Assembly (NCBI GenBank): GCA_942493095.1 | Contig: OW818675.1 | Span: 2,610,001 to 2,642,000 of the forward strand | Source: Candidatus Electronema halotolerans | GTDB lineage: Bacteria > Desulfobacterota > Desulfobulbia > Desulfobulbales > Desulfobulbaceae | Reading direction: 5' to 3' | DNA length: 32,000 nucleotides | Part shown: positions 24,911 through 32,000 of the stretch, one piece after another | Numbering within the stretch: the first letter of the stretch is position 1 | How the letters are laid out: each line of letters starts with the position of its first letter | The notes under the pieces: generated by a model | What the model was told of the DNA's origin: nothing | What the model saw: only the letters and a program-made list of their open reading frames with translations | Databases searched by the model: none | Made by a program: the position numbers and the translations under genes

Positions 24911-25704
24911 ACAATGCTCCTGAGAGCGGTCGCCCCGCCCATTGTCTTTTCAGCAAATTCGCGGATATGCGGCTTGTCGGAATGGATGATCTGCCCGGCC
25001 TCGGCGAACACATCCGCCTCGCCTTTGTTGATCAGGACAATCCGGTCAGCCAGCTCAAACACTTTGGGGATGTCGTGGCTGACAATCACTGCCGTATAAC
25101 CGAGCTGCTTCTGCATCCGCTCAAAGAGCCGGTATATCTCCAAAGTCATCAGCGGATCAAGACCAGTGGTCGGCTCGTCAAAGAGGACAATTTCCGGCTC
25201 CAGCTGAAGAGCGCGGGCCAAGCCGACCCGTTTTTTCATGCCGCCGCTTAGTTGGGCAGGAAATTTTTCCTCATGCCCGGCCAGCTCCAAGGTGTCGAGC
25301 GTGGCCATGATCTTGGCCCGGATTTCTTCTTCAGTCAGCTTGGTGCGCTCGCGCAGCGGCAAGGCAATATTCTCGAACACGGTCAGAGAGTCAAACAAGG
25401 CCGCTCCTTGAAAGAGCACCCCAAATTTGGTGCGGAGCTGCCGGAGCTGCTTCTGGCCCATCTTGACCACATCCTGACCGTCCACAAAAATCTGGCCGCT
25501 GTCCGGTTTGAGCAGACCGAGAATCAGCTTGAGCGTCACGCTCTTGCCTTGGCCGCTGCCGCCCGCGATAACCGTGGTCTGGCCTTTGGGCACAGTCCAG
25601 CTCACCTCGTTCAACACCCGATGCGCCCGCTCCCGTCCGCCAAAGGTCTTGCTCACCTTGACAAACTCAATTGCCGCCTCGACCGTTTCACCACTATACG
25701 CCAT
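24907..25704 (-). CDS. mlaF: MlaF ABC-transporter ATPase
   Basis: It has Walker A GGSGQGKSV, signature LSGGMKKRV and Walker B IVLFDEPTTGLD. I favour ATG 25704 as the start because GGGAG lies 5 nt upstream. The ORF track start at 25716 is an alternative. Confidence 0.9.
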   Translation of the reverse strand: MAYSGETVEAAIEFVKVSKTFGGRERAHRVLNEVSWTVPKGQTTVIAGGSGQGKSVTLKLILGLLKPDSGQIFVDGQDVVKMGQKQLRQLRTKFGVLFQGAALFDSLTVFENIALPLRERTKLTEEEIRAKIMATLDTLELAGHEEKFPAQLSGGMKKRVGLARALQLEPEIVLFDEPTTGLDPLMTLEIYRLFERMQKQLGYTAVIVSHDIPKVFELADRIVLINKGEADVFAEAGQIIHSDKPHIREFAEKTMGGATALRSIV

Positions 25705-25715
25705 TTTTGCTCCCA

Positions 25716-26543
25716 TTACAACAGCACCGCTGTCAGCAAATAGTCAAAAATCAGGACGGCGATGGAAGACAGGACAACGGCTTGGGTTGTCACCTTGCTG
25801 ACGCTTTCCGCGCCAAAGCCCGCGCCCCGGATGCGGTGAACAAAATAGCCGCGTCCCGCGCTGATCCAGACAATGAGCAGGGCAAAAACAAAGGACTTGA
25901 CAATGCCGAGCCGAATTTCATGGTTGGTGACGCTGACCATCATGCTGTTGAAATAAGCTCCGGCATTGGCTCCCATCAGCTTGACTCCGGCCAAATAGCC
26001 GCCATAAATGCCGACCACGTCAAAGATGGCAGTGAGCAGCGGCACGGTGAGGACAGCAGCCAGCAGTTTGGGTGAAATCAGGTAGCGGAAAGGATCAACA
26101 GCCATGCAGTCGAGCGCGTCGATCTGCTCGCTGATGCGCATGATGCCGATCTCGGCGCAGATGGCGGAACCAGCCCGGCCTGCGACCATCAGAGCGGTGA
26201 GAATCGGGCCAAGCTCCATGACCAAGGTCAAGGCCACTGCCGAGCCGAGCATTCCCTCGGCTCCGAATTTGTTCAGGGTATGATGGCCTTGCAGGCCCAG
26301 CACCATGCCCGAAGTCAGGGCGGTGAAGAAAATCACTGCGGACGAGCCTGCGCCGATAAAGCGCATCTGGCGGAGCAGCTCCCGGCCTCGGAAAGGCCTC
26401 CGGAACAGCCCAGCCACGGCGGAGAGCAGGAAAAGTCCCATGCTGCCCAAGTCGGCCAGCAGGGCAAGGCATTGGTCGCCAAGCAGAAAAAAAGGTTTGG
26501 CCCAGCCGGTGATTGTCGTGTTCTGCACGGAATTCTGTCGCAT
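25716..26543 (-). CDS. mlaE: MlaE ABC-transporter permease
   Basis: GRAGSAICAEIGIMRISEQIDALDCMAVDPFRYLISPKLLA closely parallels E. coli MlaE. ATG 26543 was chosen as the start by length comparison with E. coli MlaE. No good SD was seen, and the ORF extends up to 26627. Confidence 0.85.
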   Translation of the reverse strand: MRQNSVQNTTITGWAKPFFLLGDQCLALLADLGSMGLFLLSAVAGLFRRPFRGRELLRQMRFIGAGSSAVIFFTALTSGMVLGLQGHHTLNKFGAEGMLGSAVALTLVMELGPILTALMVAGRAGSAICAEIGIMRISEQIDALDCMAVDPFRYLISPKLLAAVLTVPLLTAIFDVVGIYGGYLAGVKLMGANAGAYFNSMMVSVTNHEIRLGIVKSFVFALLIVWISAGRGYFVHRIRGAGFGAESVSKVTTQAVVLSSIAVLIFDYLLTAVLL

Positions 26544-26743
26544 GGTTGGTGAGGAGAAGCCGCAGTCAAGACAATGTACCATAGCGGCAAAAAATTGCAT
26601 CGATATTTTCCGCCTGCCAGCAACCACTGGCCTTGGGCGCAGTCATTCCGGGCAGGCACAGGGCCTTGCCTCTGCCGTTCCTGCATCTTCTCCTGCAAGA
26701 CGGAATGGAAGCGTTTCTGGAGCAGGCGGCAAAGCTGTGAAGA

Positions 26744-26775
26744 GCATGACGGCACCTCGCCAAGTGCCGTCATGC
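26744..26775 (-). other. 12-bp perfect hairpin just downstream of the nifK remnant
   Basis: GCATGACGGCAC (26744-26755) pairs with GTGCCGTCATGC (26764-26775) across an 8-nt loop. There is no clean U-tract, so terminator function is uncertain. Confidence 0.4.
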
Positions 26776-26784
26776 AGCTGTTGC

Positions 26785-26895
26785 TTACAACACCAGCTCG
26801 AATTTGTTTCAGGATCATCTGTCCTTGCGGTCAAACAGGCCGCCTTTGTAGCCGACCGTGGGAATGTGATCAGTCACGATCATCCCCCAGCTAAC
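26785..26895 (-). pseudogene. decayed duplicate of the nifK 3' end
   Basis: The minus-sense reading is VSWGMIVTD..HIPTVGYKGGL..FDRKDR(frameshift)..KFELVL*, against intact NifK VRWGFPILDRQGHQYFPTVGYKGGLRLLEKILTALLDRKDRDDPETKFELVL*. It includes an 18/18-nt identical block CAGGCCGCCTTTGTAGCC. It also carries a ~30-nt deletion, a 1-nt deletion and in-frame stops. Confidence 0.8.
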
Positions 26896-27274
26896 CATCA
26901 ATCACAAATTTCCGAATCTCTATTTCCGGCAGGCACTTATAATGTTTTTCGTTCCCCGTGACCAGCTGTAGCTGCCTGCTCACCGCTGAAGCACCGATCA
27001 AGGCATCAGCCAGTTCCATAGAATGACTCAGAGCGTACTGTTCGACATAGAACATCGCTTTGGTGGAGATCAGCTCATCAATCTGAATGACCCGTGCGTT
27101 CAGTATGCCCAATGCCTTCTGAAACGCATTCAACTCCTGCTTATTCCGCACACCTTGGACAATCTCCATATAGGTCACCACGGACAGCGAGAACCTGTCA
27201 AAACCGTGCAGCAAATCTATTGCGCTTTGACAGCCTCTTGAGTACCAGATCAGCACATCTGTATCGACGATCAA
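26891..27274 (-). CDS. vapC: PIN-domain toxin VapC
   Basis: 127-aa ORF. PIN acidic residues sit in MIVDTDVLI, YMEI, LADALI and TGNEKHY. It overlaps the antitoxin stop by 4 nt. Confidence 0.88.
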   Translation of the reverse strand: MIVDTDVLIWYSRGCQSAIDLLHGFDRFSLSVVTYMEIVQGVRNKQELNAFQKALGILNARVIQIDELISTKAMFYVEQYALSHSMELADALIGASAVSRQLQLVTGNEKHYKCLPEIEIRKFVIDG

Positions 27275-27507
27275 AACGACCGTCCTTTTCTGAGCTTCCG
27301 AACGTATTCCTCAACATCATTCATATCTTCGCGGTTTTTCCACATCCCGCAGAATTCATTCTGTTTATCCTTTGTTGCCTGTTCGTCAAGAGGAACAATT
27401 TTCGCATACGGCTTTCCGTGAAAGGTAATAACAACCTCCTCGCCCCTCCTTGCCGCATCAAGGATTTTTTTTGTATGAAATCGCAAATCTTTGCTGGTTG
27501 CCTGCAT
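27271..27507 (-). CDS. Phd/YefM-family antitoxin
   Basis: 78-aa ORF. The N-terminal fold motif ..EEVVITFHGKPYAKIVPLDE is typical of Phd/YefM. GGAGGA lies 7 nt upstream of the ATG. Confidence 0.85.
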   Translation of the reverse strand: MQATSKDLRFHTKKILDAARRGEEVVITFHGKPYAKIVPLDEQATKDKQNEFCGMWKNREDMNDVEEYVRKLRKGRSF

Positions 27508-27531
27508 AACGCCTTCCTCCTTAGCGTTAAG

Positions 27532-27573
27532 GTTTATATTTTAATATATAAACTATCCAAGCAAGACTGTCAA
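27532..27573 (-). promoter_or_regulatory. sigma70-type promoter plus palindromic operator of phd-vapC
   Basis: In the minus sense, TTGACA (27573-27568) is followed by a 17-nt spacer and TATATA(TT). The inverted repeat GTTTATAT-N6-ATATAAAC (27532-27553) overlaps the -10 region. This is the classic autoregulatory layout for a type II TA module. Confidence 0.7.
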
Positions 27574-27610
27574 GCTGTAGCGGGTTGGAAAATGAAGTCC
27601 GGTGATGCGC

Positions 27611-27640
27611 AAAAAAAGGCGGAGCCTCTTCGGCCCCGCC
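27611..27640 (-). terminator. Rho-independent terminator after nifK
   Basis: In the minus sense, GGCGGGGCC-gaaga-GGCTCCGCC is followed by U7. It begins 30 nt after the nifK stop. Confidence 0.75.
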
Positions 27641-27669
27641 CTTATCTCCTCTTTCCTTCTGCCTATTTT

Positions 27670-29043
27670 TTACAGCACCAGCTCGAACTTGGTTTCTGGA
27701 TCATCCCGATCCTTCCGATCTAACAACGCAGTCAGGATTTTCTCCAGCAGGCGCAGGCCGCCTTTGTAGCCCACGGTCGGGAAGTACTGATGCCCCTGCC
27801 GGTCAAGAATCGGGAAGCCCCAGCGGACGAACGGCACGTCCTCGTCGCGGGCAATGTACTTGCCGTAGGTGTTGCTGATCAGCAGGTCAACCGGCTCGTT
27901 CTTCATCCACTGATGGACGAGGAAAAAGTCGCCTTTGGCTTTCACCTTGACCTCGAACGGCATGTCCGCCGTGATTTCCTTGATCCGCTTCTCAAACTTC
28001 TTGCCCGGCGTGCCGGTGACAACATAGACCGGGCACATGTCAATCGAGACCAGAAACTCAGTCATGGCGATGAGCTGATCCGGGTCGCCGACTATCGCCA
28101 CCTTTTTATGATAGAAATACTGGTGCATGTCCGAGATCAGGTCAACGAGCTGGCCGCGCTCGACCATGATCTCATCCGGCACGTTCACGCCAGCCACATT
28201 GCGCAGGGCATCAATAAAGCGGTCTGTGGCCTTGAGGCCAAAGGGCATGTCTAAAACCGAGCAGGGCACCTTGTGCAGCTTGTCCAACTCGCGGGCCGCA
28301 TCGCCGGAACACCACTCGCCCAGAGCGATGGTGCCGATGGAGTCACCAGTTGACTTCAGCTCGGCAATGGTGGTGCCGCCGTCCGGGAACATCTTGTACT
28401 CGCCGGTGAGCGGGCTGTTGAGCACGCCGGAAGTGTCCGGGAACATGATGGTCTTCACGCCCATCAGCCCAGCCATCCGCTTCAGTTCCTCCATGTCGCA
28501 CGGCTCAACCCAGCCTGGGATCAGGTTGACCTTGCCGTTCTTCTTGCCGGTCGGCTCGGCCAGCATGGTCATACCCTTGACCATATTGGAAAAACCTGTG
28601 ACGTGCGAGCCGACATAGCTGGGCGTGGAAGCGTAGATCACCTCTTTGCCTTCCGGGATTTTGCCCTCAGCAATCGCCTTCTTGCGAATCTGCGGCAGGT
28701 CGTCGCCGATGGTCTCAGACAGGCAGGTGGTGTGAACGGCGATGATCTCGGGGTTGTACACCGCAAAGATGTTGGTGAAAGCCTGCATCAGGTTAGCCTG
28801 GCCGCCAAAGACCGACGCGCCCTCAGTGAAGGAGCTGGTCGCGGCGGAGATCGGCTCCTTGTAGTGCCGGGTCAGAGTGGAGCGGTGATAGGCGCAGCAG
28901 CCCTGCGAGCCGTGACTGTGCGGCAGGCAGCCGTGGATGCCCAAGGCGGCGTACATTGCGCCGATGGGCTGGCAGGTCTTGGCCGGATTGACGGTCAGGG
29001 CCTTGCGCTCGCTGATTTCTTTTGGTGTATGTCGTAAGAGCAT
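27670..29043 (-). CDS. nifK: nitrogenase MoFe protein beta chain NifK (short, anaerobe type)
   Basis: Conserved sequence includes MLLRHTPKEI..VNPAKTCQPIGAMYAALGIHGCLPHSHGSQGCCAYHRS (P-cluster Cys ligands). I favour ATG 29043 as the start because GAGG lies 7 nt upstream; ATG 29049 is an alternative. The track ORF extends to 29187 through structured spacer DNA, and I reject that extension. Confidence 0.93.
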   Translation of the reverse strand: MLLRHTPKEISERKALTVNPAKTCQPIGAMYAALGIHGCLPHSHGSQGCCAYHRSTLTRHYKEPISAATSSFTEGASVFGGQANLMQAFTNIFAVYNPEIIAVHTTCLSETIGDDLPQIRKKAIAEGKIPEGKEVIYASTPSYVGSHVTGFSNMVKGMTMLAEPTGKKNGKVNLIPGWVEPCDMEELKRMAGLMGVKTIMFPDTSGVLNSPLTGEYKMFPDGGTTIAELKSTGDSIGTIALGEWCSGDAARELDKLHKVPCSVLDMPFGLKATDRFIDALRNVAGVNVPDEIMVERGQLVDLISDMHQYFYHKKVAIVGDPDQLIAMTEFLVSIDMCPVYVVTGTPGKKFEKRIKEITADMPFEVKVKAKGDFFLVHQWMKNEPVDLLISNTYGKYIARDEDVPFVRWGFPILDRQGHQYFPTVGYKGGLRLLEKILTALLDRKDRDDPETKFELVL

Positions 29044-29138
29044 GGTCATGCCTCGTAATAATTCGTTGTCGCGTCGGGGGGCCTTGAACCGCCCCTGCCG
29101 CATCATTTCCCGTCGCAGGAGAGCAGTTTTATCATGAC

Positions 29139-29288
29139 CACCAGAGTGATCGTTTTGCGGACAGGAGAGTGCTTGATGTACGATCACTCTCCTGTCTGTT
29201 GTGCAACCACTCTGGTGATCGTTTTACAACCACTCTCCTGCTCGTTGCCCGGCCACTCCGGTGGTTGGTTTATAAGCAGGAGAGTGGT
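29139..29288. repeat. interlocking inverted and direct repeats in the nifD-nifK spacer
   Basis: Perfect stems:
- GACAGGAGAGTG (29160-29171) with CACTCTCCTGTC (29185-29196)
- ACCACTCTCCTGCT (29229-29242) with AGCAGGAGAGTGGT (29275-29288)
- CACCAGAGTG (29139-29148) with CACTCTGGTG (29208-29217)

The direct repeat GTGATCGTTTT occurs at 29145 and 29214. Confidence 0.8.
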
Positions 29289-29292
29289 TCGT

Positions 29293-29322
29293 GCGTAGGG
29301 GCGATTCATGAATCGCCCCTAC
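29293..29322. repeat. REP-like 30-nt perfect palindrome, copy 2 (variant centre)
   Basis: CGTAGGGGCGATTCA|TGAATCGCCCCTACG. It shares the GTAGGGGCG arms with copies 1 and 3. Like copy 1 it is followed by GGTTGC(C/G)GCA. It starts 13 nt after the nifD stop. Confidence 0.85.
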
Positions 29323-29334
29323 GGTTGCCGCATC

Positions 29335-30975
29335 TTATTCCCAAACGTAGGAAGCAGAAAGCTGCGGATTCTCCTGCCACGGGGCCTTCATGTAGGACCA
29401 GACCTTGCTGTTGACCAGTCGGTCGATCTCCTTGTAGAAGTTGACCGCGCCTTTGAAGCCCGCATACGGCCCGCCGGAGTCATAGCTGTGGAGCTGCTTC
29501 ATGGGCACGCCCAGCTTCTGGATCGAGAACTTCTCCTTGATGCCGGCGCAGAAGATGTCCGGCTTCATCAGCTCAACCAGCTTCTCCGCCTCGTACTGAT
29601 TGAGGTCGTCAATGACCAAGGTGCCTGCTTCCATATCCTGGGCCAAACCCTCGTAGTCCTTAAAGGCAAGCCCCTTCTGCTCCAGAGCCTGCATGGCCTC
29701 GGCAGTCTTGCGCGGCTTGTAGCGGGTCGGATCAGCCTCAACCTCGATTTCCTCAATGTTGCGGCTGTCCGCATCCACAGTCAGATTAGGCAGAACCCGG
29801 CGGCCTTCGTAGTCGTCGCGGTGGGCGAACTCATACCCGGCGGAGATCGTCTTCATGCCCATCTCCTTGAACAGCTCCTGATAGTGATGCGCCCGCGAGC
29901 CGCCGACAAACATCATCGCGGTCTTGCCCTCGGTGCGGGGCATGACCTCGGCTGCTGCGGCCTCAACTTCCGGCATTTCCTCGGCAATCACCTGCTCCAC
30001 CCGGTCAATCAGCTCCTTGTCCTCAAAGTAGGCCGCGATCTTGCGCAGGGACTTGGCCGTGGCCGCAGCCCCGATAAAGTTGACCTTGATCCACGGGATG
30101 CCGTACTTGGTCTCCAGCATGTCAGCCACATAGTTGATCGAGCGGTGACACATGACCGCGTTCAGATCAGCCTGATGGGCTGTGGCGAACTGCGTGTAGG
30201 TCGAGTTGCCGGAGAAGGTGGCCACGTTGGTGATGCCGCACTTCTTGAAGATCCGGTCAATCTCAAAGCCGTCGCCGCCGATGTTGTACTCGCCCAGCAG
30301 GTTGATCTTGAACTTGCCCGCAACCGGCTTGTCGTTCTCACCGACAATATGACGGAAGACCTGGTTGTTGGCAATGTGATGCCCGGCGGACTGGGACACG
30401 CCCTTGTAGCCCTCGCAGCTGAAGGCGTACACGTTGCAGTCGCCGAACTTCTCCTTCATCTTCCGCGCCACGGTGTGAATGTCGTCACCGATCAGGCCGA
30501 CCGGACAGGTGGCGAAGATGGCAATGGACTTGGGATGAAAGAGGTCATACGCCTCCTGAATCGCTGCGGCCAGCTTCTTCTCCCCGCCGAAGATGATGTC
30601 CTGATCCTGCATGTCGGTCGAGAACGCATAGGTCATGAAGTTCTCGCCGTCCGGCCCTTCCGGCCCCGGATCAGTCTGGTTGCGCCGGGTCAGCCAGGCG
30701 TAGAAGCTGCATCCTATCGGCCCATGCACCAAGTTGACGATGTCGCGGGTCGGCCCCATGATAACGCCTTTGCAGCCCGCGTAGGTGCAGCCCCGCATGG
30801 TGATGATGCCCGGAATGGTGCGCACGTTGGCCGTGATCTCCGGCGTGCCGTTCTCCAGGGCCTCGTTGATCATGATCTGCTTGGCGCGCTTGCGGGCCAC
30901 TTTGGGCGGATACTTGGCCAGCAGTTCGGCCTTGATCTCCGCAGGCTCCATCGGCACCGTTGCTTTCTTTGTCAT
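29335..30975 (-). CDS. nifD: nitrogenase MoFe protein alpha chain NifD (long, anaerobe type)
   Basis: 546-aa ORF. It has RGCTYAGCKGV and HGPIGC (P-cluster Cys), VMCHRSINY (FeMo-co Cys) and HSYD (FeMo-co His). GGAGGA lies upstream of the start. Confidence 0.95.
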   Translation of the reverse strand: MTKKATVPMEPAEIKAELLAKYPPKVARKRAKQIMINEALENGTPEITANVRTIPGIITMRGCTYAGCKGVIMGPTRDIVNLVHGPIGCSFYAWLTRRNQTDPGPEGPDGENFMTYAFSTDMQDQDIIFGGEKKLAAAIQEAYDLFHPKSIAIFATCPVGLIGDDIHTVARKMKEKFGDCNVYAFSCEGYKGVSQSAGHHIANNQVFRHIVGENDKPVAGKFKINLLGEYNIGGDGFEIDRIFKKCGITNVATFSGNSTYTQFATAHQADLNAVMCHRSINYVADMLETKYGIPWIKVNFIGAAATAKSLRKIAAYFEDKELIDRVEQVIAEEMPEVEAAAAEVMPRTEGKTAMMFVGGSRAHHYQELFKEMGMKTISAGYEFAHRDDYEGRRVLPNLTVDADSRNIEEIEVEADPTRYKPRKTAEAMQALEQKGLAFKDYEGLAQDMEAGTLVIDDLNQYEAEKLVELMKPDIFCAGIKEKFSIQKLGVPMKQLHSYDSGGPYAGFKGAVNFYKEIDRLVNSKVWSYMKAPWQENPQLSASYVWE

Positions 30976-31001
30976 ATCGTTTCTCTTCCTCCGTGAATAG
31001 C

Positions 31002-31376
31002 TCAGGCTATAGCCGCCTCGCCTTTTTCCGCTGTGCGCACGCGCACCGCATCCATCACCGGCATGACAAATATCTTGCCGTCGCCCGGCTTGCCGGTCTG
31101 GTTGACTTTGATGATCGCCTGAACCACGTCATCTACTTGGTCATCCTCAACCACCACTGTGACCACGCGCTTGGGATAGAGCTTGCCCTTCTCGCCCAGC
31201 ACTGCCGCCGCTTCCTCGTAGCCTTGATCAACCCCTTCCAAGACCTTGGGATTGGCAAAGCCTTTGCCCCGGCCTTGCGCCTCACGGACAAAGTAGGCGG
31301 CAATACCTGCGTCGCTGAGGGCCTTCTTGGTCTGATTCATCATATTGATGCGCACGACCGCGATGACCTCTTTCAT
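31002..31376 (-). CDS. nifI2: PII-like nitrogenase regulator NifI2
   Basis: 124-aa ORF with a PII fold (..GRGKG.., PGDGKIFV). It is the second PII gene between nifH and nifD. Its start overlaps the nifI1 stop. Confidence 0.88.
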   Translation of the reverse strand: MKEVIAVVRINMMNQTKKALSDAGIAAYFVREAQGRGKGFANPKVLEGVDQGYEEAAAVLGEKGKLYPKRVVTVVVEDDQVDDVVQAIIKVNQTGKPGDGKIFVMPVMDAVRVRTAEKGEAAIA

Positions 31377-31723
31377 GCCGCTGCCTCCTCTGCTGCCGCG
31401 CCTTCCTTCACGCCGGAGCTGACCGTATAGACTTCCTCAACCGCGCTGACAAAGATCTTGCCGTCGCCGAACGCGCCCTTACCAGCGGTGCGGGCCGTGT
31501 CCATGATGGTTTGGATGACAAAATCCTTGTCTTCGTCCCGAACCACCAGCATCAGCATCATCTTGGGAATCTCATCGTAGGTCACATCGCCGATTTTGAT
31601 GCCCCGTTGCTTGCCGCGTCCGGCCACTGCGTATTTGGTGACTGCTGGGAAGCCCGCATCCATAAGAGCGGCCAGCACGTCGTCTGATTTTTCCGGCCTG
31701 ATTATTGCTCTGATCATCAACAT
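31373..31723 (-). CDS. nifI1: PII-like nitrogenase regulator NifI1
   Basis: The sequence reads MLMIRAIIRPEK...GRGKQRG...GDGKIFV. ATG 31723 is preceded by GGAG 10 nt upstream. The track ORF extends to 31825 without support. Confidence 0.88.
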   Translation of the reverse strand: MLMIRAIIRPEKSDDVLAALMDAGFPAVTKYAVAGRGKQRGIKIGDVTYDEIPKMMLMLVVRDEDKDFVIQTIMDTARTAGKGAFGDGKIFVSAVEEVYTVSSGVKEGAAAEEAAA

Positions 31724-31760
31724 GATTTGTTTTCTCCTGAATAATTCATTCAATCCGCAG

Positions 31761-31786
31761 GGGCGGCCCCCTGTGGCCGCCCTTTT
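31761..31786. other. GC-rich hairpin in the nifH-nifI1 spacer
   Basis: GGGCGGCC (31761-31768), loop ccctgt, GGCCGCCC (31775-31782), then TTTT on the plus strand. On the transcribed minus strand the stem is preceded by A's, not followed by U's. Confidence 0.5.
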
Positions 31787-31828
31787 CGGCGCATAGCCTG
31801 CCCCTGCGCCATTTGCATTGCCCAATCC

Positions 31829-31856
31829 GTAGGGGCGAAAAATTTTTCGCCCCTAC
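31829..31856. repeat. REP-like palindrome, copy 3
   Basis: GTAGGGGCGAAAAATTTTTCGCCCCTAC is identical to the core of copy 1. It starts 11 nt after the nifH stop codon. Confidence 0.85.
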
Positions 31857-31866
31857 ACCGCCCGCA

Positions 31867-32000
31867 TCAATTCATCAGGCCGTAATCCATGAGCAGCTTC
31901 TCCAGCTCCTCTATCTCCAAGGGAGTCGGGATGACAAACTTTTTGTTGGCATCAATCGCTTGGGCCAAACCCCGGTAGGCATCAGCCTGATCAGCCTCCG
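31867..32000 (-). CDS. nifH: nitrogenase iron protein NifH (C-terminal 43 codons; the gene continues beyond the window)
   Basis: My translation of the minus strand gives ..[43 protein letters not shown], a typical NifH C-terminus. The stop is at 31869-31867. Confidence 0.85.

Noticed and set aside
26544-26743. Possible gene or RNA between the mlaE start and the nifK-remnant hairpin (ORFs 26566-26763 minus and 26574-26894 plus)
   Set aside because: The translations are Cys/Arg-rich with no RBS. The region is more simply the mla promoter/leader plus leftover DNA from the rearranged nifK downstream junction. I saw no recognisable structure beyond the 26744-26775 hairpin.
29044-29187. N-terminal extension of the nifK ORF. 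Analogous extensions exist for nifI1 (31724-31825), mlaC (23648-23767), gspG (22557-22682), gspH (22130-22261), lptD (11069-11173) and mlaE (26544-26627).
   Set aside because: The extensions run through structured spacer or promoter DNA, add non-homologous residues before conserved N-termini or signal/prepilin leaders, and lack RBSs. The internal starts mostly have good SD sequences. mlaE is the exception, and its start was chosen by length comparison.
29308-30996. 562-aa plus-strand ORF covering the whole nifD region
   Set aside because: It is antisense to an unmistakable NifD. Its translation is Arg/Leu/Gly/Ala-rich low-complexity sequence with no motifs, which is the typical shadow ORF of a G+C-rich gene.

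Overview
This window looks like a chromosomal segment of an anaerobic Gram-negative bacterium. Gene content and the tmRNA tag ADDYNYALAA suggest a Desulfobacterota or Desulfobulbaceae-like organism, but that is inference only. Almost everything is on the minus strand.

Gene order, left to right:
- a partial secreted hypothetical protein and an AT-rich segment with no convincing gene
- a fused transketolase (+)
- a lower-G+C patch holding an LRR/PLD-nuclease ORF, a YitT-family membrane protein and a small membrane protein
- ssrA (tmRNA), smpB, mltB, a DHH phosphoesterase and lptD
- an 11-gene type II secretion cluster, transcribed gspG-H-I-J-K-L-M-N-C-D-E, with no gspF or gspO
- divergent yhbY (+)
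- an Mla lipid-transport operon, mlaE-F-D-A-C
- a phd-vapC toxin-antitoxin cassette
- the distal part of an anaerobe-type Mo-nitrogenase operon, nifH(partial)-nifI1-nifI2-nifD-nifK

No CRISPR array, tRNA, rRNA, transposase or integrase was seen.

Most notable observations:
1. The phd-vapC cassette sits between the intact nifK 3' end and a decayed second copy of that same 3' end. This looks like an insertion scar at the end of the nif operon.
2. A 30-nt perfect palindrome occurs in three copies. Two of them lie inside nif operon spacers, and the nifD-nifK spacer is unusually long and made of interlocking inverted repeats.
3. A chimeric-looking ORF joins a two-repeat LRR N-terminus to a single-HKD PLD-family nuclease with a basic C-terminal tail, and carries a strong internal ribosome-binding site.
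4. The T2SS has several oddities: gspF and gspO are missing, GspD carries a TPR tail, GspC has a repeat tail and no visible PDZ domain, and GspI has Ala at the prepilin -1 position.

I did not recognise a clear-cut multi-gene novel system. The items above are the best candidates for follow-up.
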